Made by a program: the position numbers and the translations under genes. The notes beneath the pieces were generated by a model. That model did no database searches. It was given only the letters and a program-made list of their open reading frames with translations, and was not told the DNA's origin. Shown here piece after piece: positions 22,233 to 26,395 of a DNA stretch of 26,395 nt (the stretch's first letter is position 1; the number at the start of each line of letters is the position of its first letter). This stretch comes from Vicugna vicugna (taxonomy: Eukaryota): assembly GCA_013265495.1 (NCBI GenBank), contig MU058547.1, forward strand, positions 62,001 through 88,395, written 5' to 3'.

Positions 22233-23108
22233 GCCCCTCATTCACAAGAGACTTTGACATTCTTGCAGGACCTTCTTCCTCTCTGGATCCTTCCATTCTG
22301 GGTCACACAAATGACCACTGCCACAATCCAGACTCCCTGGTCCTTGACATCCTCCCCTACAGTGATGTCCTCATCTAAGCCACCTCAGCTGCCCTCTCAT
22401 TTAACAAAAAAATTCAATGGCTTAATGCCACTTTAGGGCAACTGTAATGATCTTTTTTGGAAGGAATTTGATCAAACTGTTTAAAAATTCACCCAGAAAA
22501 AGTTAAAAATTTTTGAAGAGGAAAATCAATATATATCAGGATTTACCATATCCTAGACTCTGCCAATTAACATAACTACTGTAACGGGCCCATAAAATAA
22601 TGGCCCCAAGTCAAGCAAGCACTAGCTGGAAGAGATTGTATAAATGAAATGGTGGCTCACCATGTTCGAGCATCTGTGTGTGCATGAGTGCTTGGCTGTA
22701 CTTATATATATTTAATGATTCCTAACATGGTTTTGTAAAATTTGGCAAGCTCTTGAGGGAAAATATAAAGGCTATTTCATGAGCTACTAAAAAACTTCTG
22801 AAAATTTTTAAAAGTTAACTATTTTATATAGGGCATCTTCAGGCACAAGGAAAGAGATAGTATTAAATGTAAAGAAGAAAATTTTATCGTCCAGTAAAAA
22901 TCTCCAAACCTTGCAGCTGTTTCGAGCAGACAGCAATATAGCTCTAAAATTCTTTGAACTTCTAACAGAATGTGGTAATAAAAAGTGAAACTATCAAAAA
23001 AAAGTTAGCTATTTTCAAAGCATTACTATTAATAACTAGAATAAAATACAAATAAATAACACAAGAGCCAACGGATGGTGAATGAAGGGCCTAGTGTCTG
23101 AAATCCTC

Positions 23109-24429
23109 CAAGCCTTATCTTTCTTATCTCAAAAACAGGGATAAAATAATAAAACTCAAAATAATGCAGTTATGAAGAGAGGTAGGTCAGTTTCTGATGA
23201 GGCTAAGGGAACATCCATGTGAGCCTGAATAGCCCGAAGGCCAGAAGTCCTGGAGTCCTGCTGACCGAGCCAATGCAGGGGGGCCTACCCGTTGTGCCAT
23301 CTGGTGGTAGTTGCCACTCCAGCCTCAGTGTAGACAGGGTATGGTTCTGGTTCCTCGTTCTGTCTGGGATGAACATCAGGAGAACAGCAGCATGTCTAAG
23401 AATCTCCCATGCTCACTGATGCCCGTCTCCTCTTCATGCTTGTCCGGGAGGATGATGAAGATGGGAACCCACTCTTTGCCTCCTGTTCTGGAGAAGAGCT
23501 TACGTGCTAAGTCCTCACCTTGATGTACCCTCCCTCCTCACAGTTGGAAAGGGAGCAAACTTAACCCCCAACCCAGGAAAGTCACCCATGGCATAACATT
23601 TCAACTTGTGGCATCTCAAGTCTGTTCCTATGAGACTTATTCTTGAGAAATAAAAAAGATGTGGTGTGTGAAAGCATCTAGCATGGAAAAATCAATGTGG
23701 AGCTCTTAGGAATGAAGAAAGGGAAACTTAAAGAAGAAGGAAAGAAGGCAAAATACCATCTGAGGTGGAACATGCCTGGAATGAGGTGTAAACAGGAGAC
23801 AAAGCCTTGGCACTGCAGTTGATGGAAGCCATGGGGAGAGACAAGTGGTCAGCAGCTGGCACCACCCCTGAACCTCGGTCCCCATAGCTGGCACCTCTTC
23901 CTCCCTCAGTGACTAGCACAGGTGGTCTCCTTTCAGCATCACCACAGACCCTGCAGCTGGGTGGGAAGACGCTGAGGATGACAAAGGCCCACCCTTTCCT
24001 GGCTCTTGTCCTACCTGTCACCCAACAGAACAGGACGGCTTATCAATTATTACCCCAAAGGCGATGCAGCTATAGGAAGGATGCATAAAGCAAGGATGGC
24101 CTGTCTGCTTCCGAAGTCATCCCGCTTAGGCCCGGTTTATGCTAAAAACATTGTGGTCTCCAACCTGTGCCTTAAAATATGTGAGGAGTACAAAAGGGAA
24201 GACAATCAATGAGGAGGCTTTATTCTGGAGGTGATTGGCTTGCATCATGGTCCAGTTTTTTGTTGGACTTAACAATGTGAGCTGGAGGTCTGTGTGACAG
24301 ACCTCTCCTCAGTCTCCCTGCAGGCCATCCAAGCCAGAAGGTAGCAACTTGACCTCCTCCACCCCTCAACTGTCACAACTCCTGGGGGACTGACAGATAA
24401 TGAAAGAGTCTCAGACCTCAGGCTTCTTG
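23109..24429 (+). repeat. copy 2 of the diverged direct duplication
   Basis: Collinear with 13538-14763, with an extra segment near 23560-23620. Confidence 0.92.
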
Positions 24430-25040
24430 TTAGAGGACCTGCACCAGGAAGACAAGGTCCTGGGTCACACGGCTTTGAGAACAAGTGGGGCTTATATCCA
24501 GGAGAGCTGGAAGGCTGTAGGAAACTGAGATTTCTAAAGAACTAACACACAGATTCACTCACACCGAGTCAGAGCACAGAGGCAGCAATATGAAAATTGC
24601 CTAGGTCATATATGAAGGAGATTCAATGACTAATTTTACTTGGAGTGCCAAAGGGGCAGGAATCTGTTGGGACACTATCTGAGGGCATAAACTCTTGAAG
24701 GTGCCACTTTTTAAATTCTCCCTCTACCTAGCTGGCACAGCACACAAATGGGTGCCATATCTGACATGCACCATCTACCTTGTTAACCTCATTTCCCCTA
24801 TCCCAGCATTCCCCTGCAGACCTGTCCCAGCTGGTGCCTCCTCAAAGCAGCTCCCATCATGCCAAACCCAGCAGGTGGGCTCACCTGGGACTGATGCTGC
24901 CCCAGAGGGGTTCCCACCTCTCTATACCCAATTTTTGGCCTCACCCAGACCAGCACCTCCCCCAACTCCCACTCCAGAGGATTAGACCCACCTACCAGCA
25001 TTGCAACTAGGACCCACAGCCAGCCCAAGCAGAACCAGTC
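24430..25040 (+). mobile_element. probable old LINE-1 5' UTR fragment
   Basis: 'agaggcagcaatatgaaaattgcctaggtcatatatgaaggagattcaatgactaatttt...ggggcaggaatctg' resembles recalled L1M 5' end sequence; begins where the duplication similarity stops. Confidence 0.55.
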
Positions 25041-25174
25041 TCATCCACCATGGTGCCCACAGCAGCTGCAGCGAAGTCTGGCAGCAAGCCATGCCAGGGG
25101 CAAGCGACACTCACCAGGATGCCGACAATGGTCATGGCCAAGCCTTGCAGCCAGACATGCTGTGGGTTGTATGA

Positions 25175-25398
25175 GTACAGAATGATTGTCAGTTATTGGC
25201 TGTTGCCCTTTGTGATCTTGTGGCTGACTGGGAGCTGTGGTCCAGCACCCCGAGACAATACTGCATTTCACTAGCCCAGGATAAGATCAGAATTCGAAAT
25301 CTGAAGTACAGTTTCTACTGAATGCATATTGCTCTCACACTATCATGAGGTCAAAAAAATCATTAGGTCAAATCATTATAGATCATGGAACTTCTGTA
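25175..25398 (+). mobile_element. Tigger5/MER47-like DNA transposon 3' part
   Basis: 'gtggctgactgggagctg...ctagcccaggataagatcagaattcgaaatctgaagtacagtttctactgaatgcatattgctctcacactatc...tctgta'. Confidence 0.75.
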
Positions 25399-25399
25399 G

Positions 25400-25910
25400 T
25401 CTGTTTCCAAAAAGTTTTTCATTTTAGTTTTTATTTTTTCTTTAACCCAAGTTGCCTTTCTCTTTTTCCCCCTTTTATCCTGTTTATTACAAATTCATTT
25501 GACAGTATAGATTTCCCTCTAAACCCTAATTTTGTCGAATTCTATAATTTTTATATGAATACCTTATTACTATTGAGATCCAAACACTTAATAATTCCCA
25601 TTGTGGAAATTAATTTTGTTTCCAAAATGCATTTTTAATGTTGTCTTCTTACTGTTTCTAATTAATTGTATTGCAACCTGGGGATAGAATGTGATTTATG
25701 AAAGGTGTCAAGGTTTCTTGGCTCATCCAGCACATCCTCAATGTTTCCAAATGCTCTACAGGAGTTGAGAAGAACATGTGTTCTCTGTTGGGTTCAATTC
25801 TTTCTGTAAAAGTTAGAGATATCCCGATCTGTTCTCCTGTTTTGTGACAGCCTCATTTGTATTGTTTGCACAAATCTCTGGAGCTAGTGAATCTTAAGGT
25901 ATCCAGGATG
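25400..25910 (-). mobile_element. old LINE-1 ORF2 fragment, antisense
   Basis: T-rich with 'atttccctctaa', 'tttctaattaattgtattg', 'ttgagaagaacatgtgttctctgttggg'. Confidence 0.6.
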
Positions 25911-26395
25911 TTTCTCCGCTTAGGCTGAAGGGGTAGAGTGGAGAGAAGCCAGAGACCTGCTGTCCAGGACTGGCACCTTTTCATTGGCTCTCATCGTGTC
26001 TTACCAGGCAACCACCCTCCTGCCCTCGCCTGTGGTGAGCTCAGTGGGTGGGAGCTGCAGGGCGGAGATGCGTTTCCCCTGGGTTGGGGCGGGGGCCCCA
26101 CCTCCGTTGTAGCAGCTGAGACACTGCCCACTTCCCTGCTTCAAGATAGCTCTTGTTGGCCAACTGGCTCCCAACTGGCCTGGGCTCCTGGCCGGCCCAC
26201 TGTGTGGAGATGGTCCGAGCAGGGATGAGGAGGAAGGCAGTTTCCTGCAAGGGCGCCAGGGCTCCCCGGGGGGCCCTGCTGCTCTGACACCAGAGTGTCG
26301 GGAAGTCCTACACCCCTTCCTGAGAGCAGGCAGTTCTCCTCCTCAGGGGGCTCTCAGGGTGCCCCCCTCAGCCTGCAGCCCAGTCTCTCTTGCAC

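Overview
Mammalian genomic DNA, most likely camelid (two Vic-1-type tRNA-derived SINEs). Bases 1-~4495 are AT-rich intronic sequence (MIR, L1, L2, SINEs) around one 135-nt + strand coding exon recognisable as TANGO6 (2687-2821). At ~4495 the sequence turns abruptly GC-rich and carries the 3' half of an anthrax toxin receptor-like (ANTXRL-type) gene on the + strand: a Thr/Val-rich stalk exon (5781-6035, with a 1-nt frameshift), a Pro-rich/transmembrane exon (6153-6403) and four cytoplasmic-tail exons (7841-7879, 9000-9086, 9492-9569, 15635-15862). I see neither the ANTXRL vWA/Ig exons nor the next TANGO6 exon, so the window looks like a TANGO6/ANTXRL chimeric duplication junction (or a mis-assembly). 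The rest is mostly old retroelements and DNA transposon relics, plus a ~1.2-1.3 kb diverged direct duplication (13538-14763 / 23109-24429). Gene and repeat names come from recalled family sequences, not database searches; repeat boundaries are approximate.
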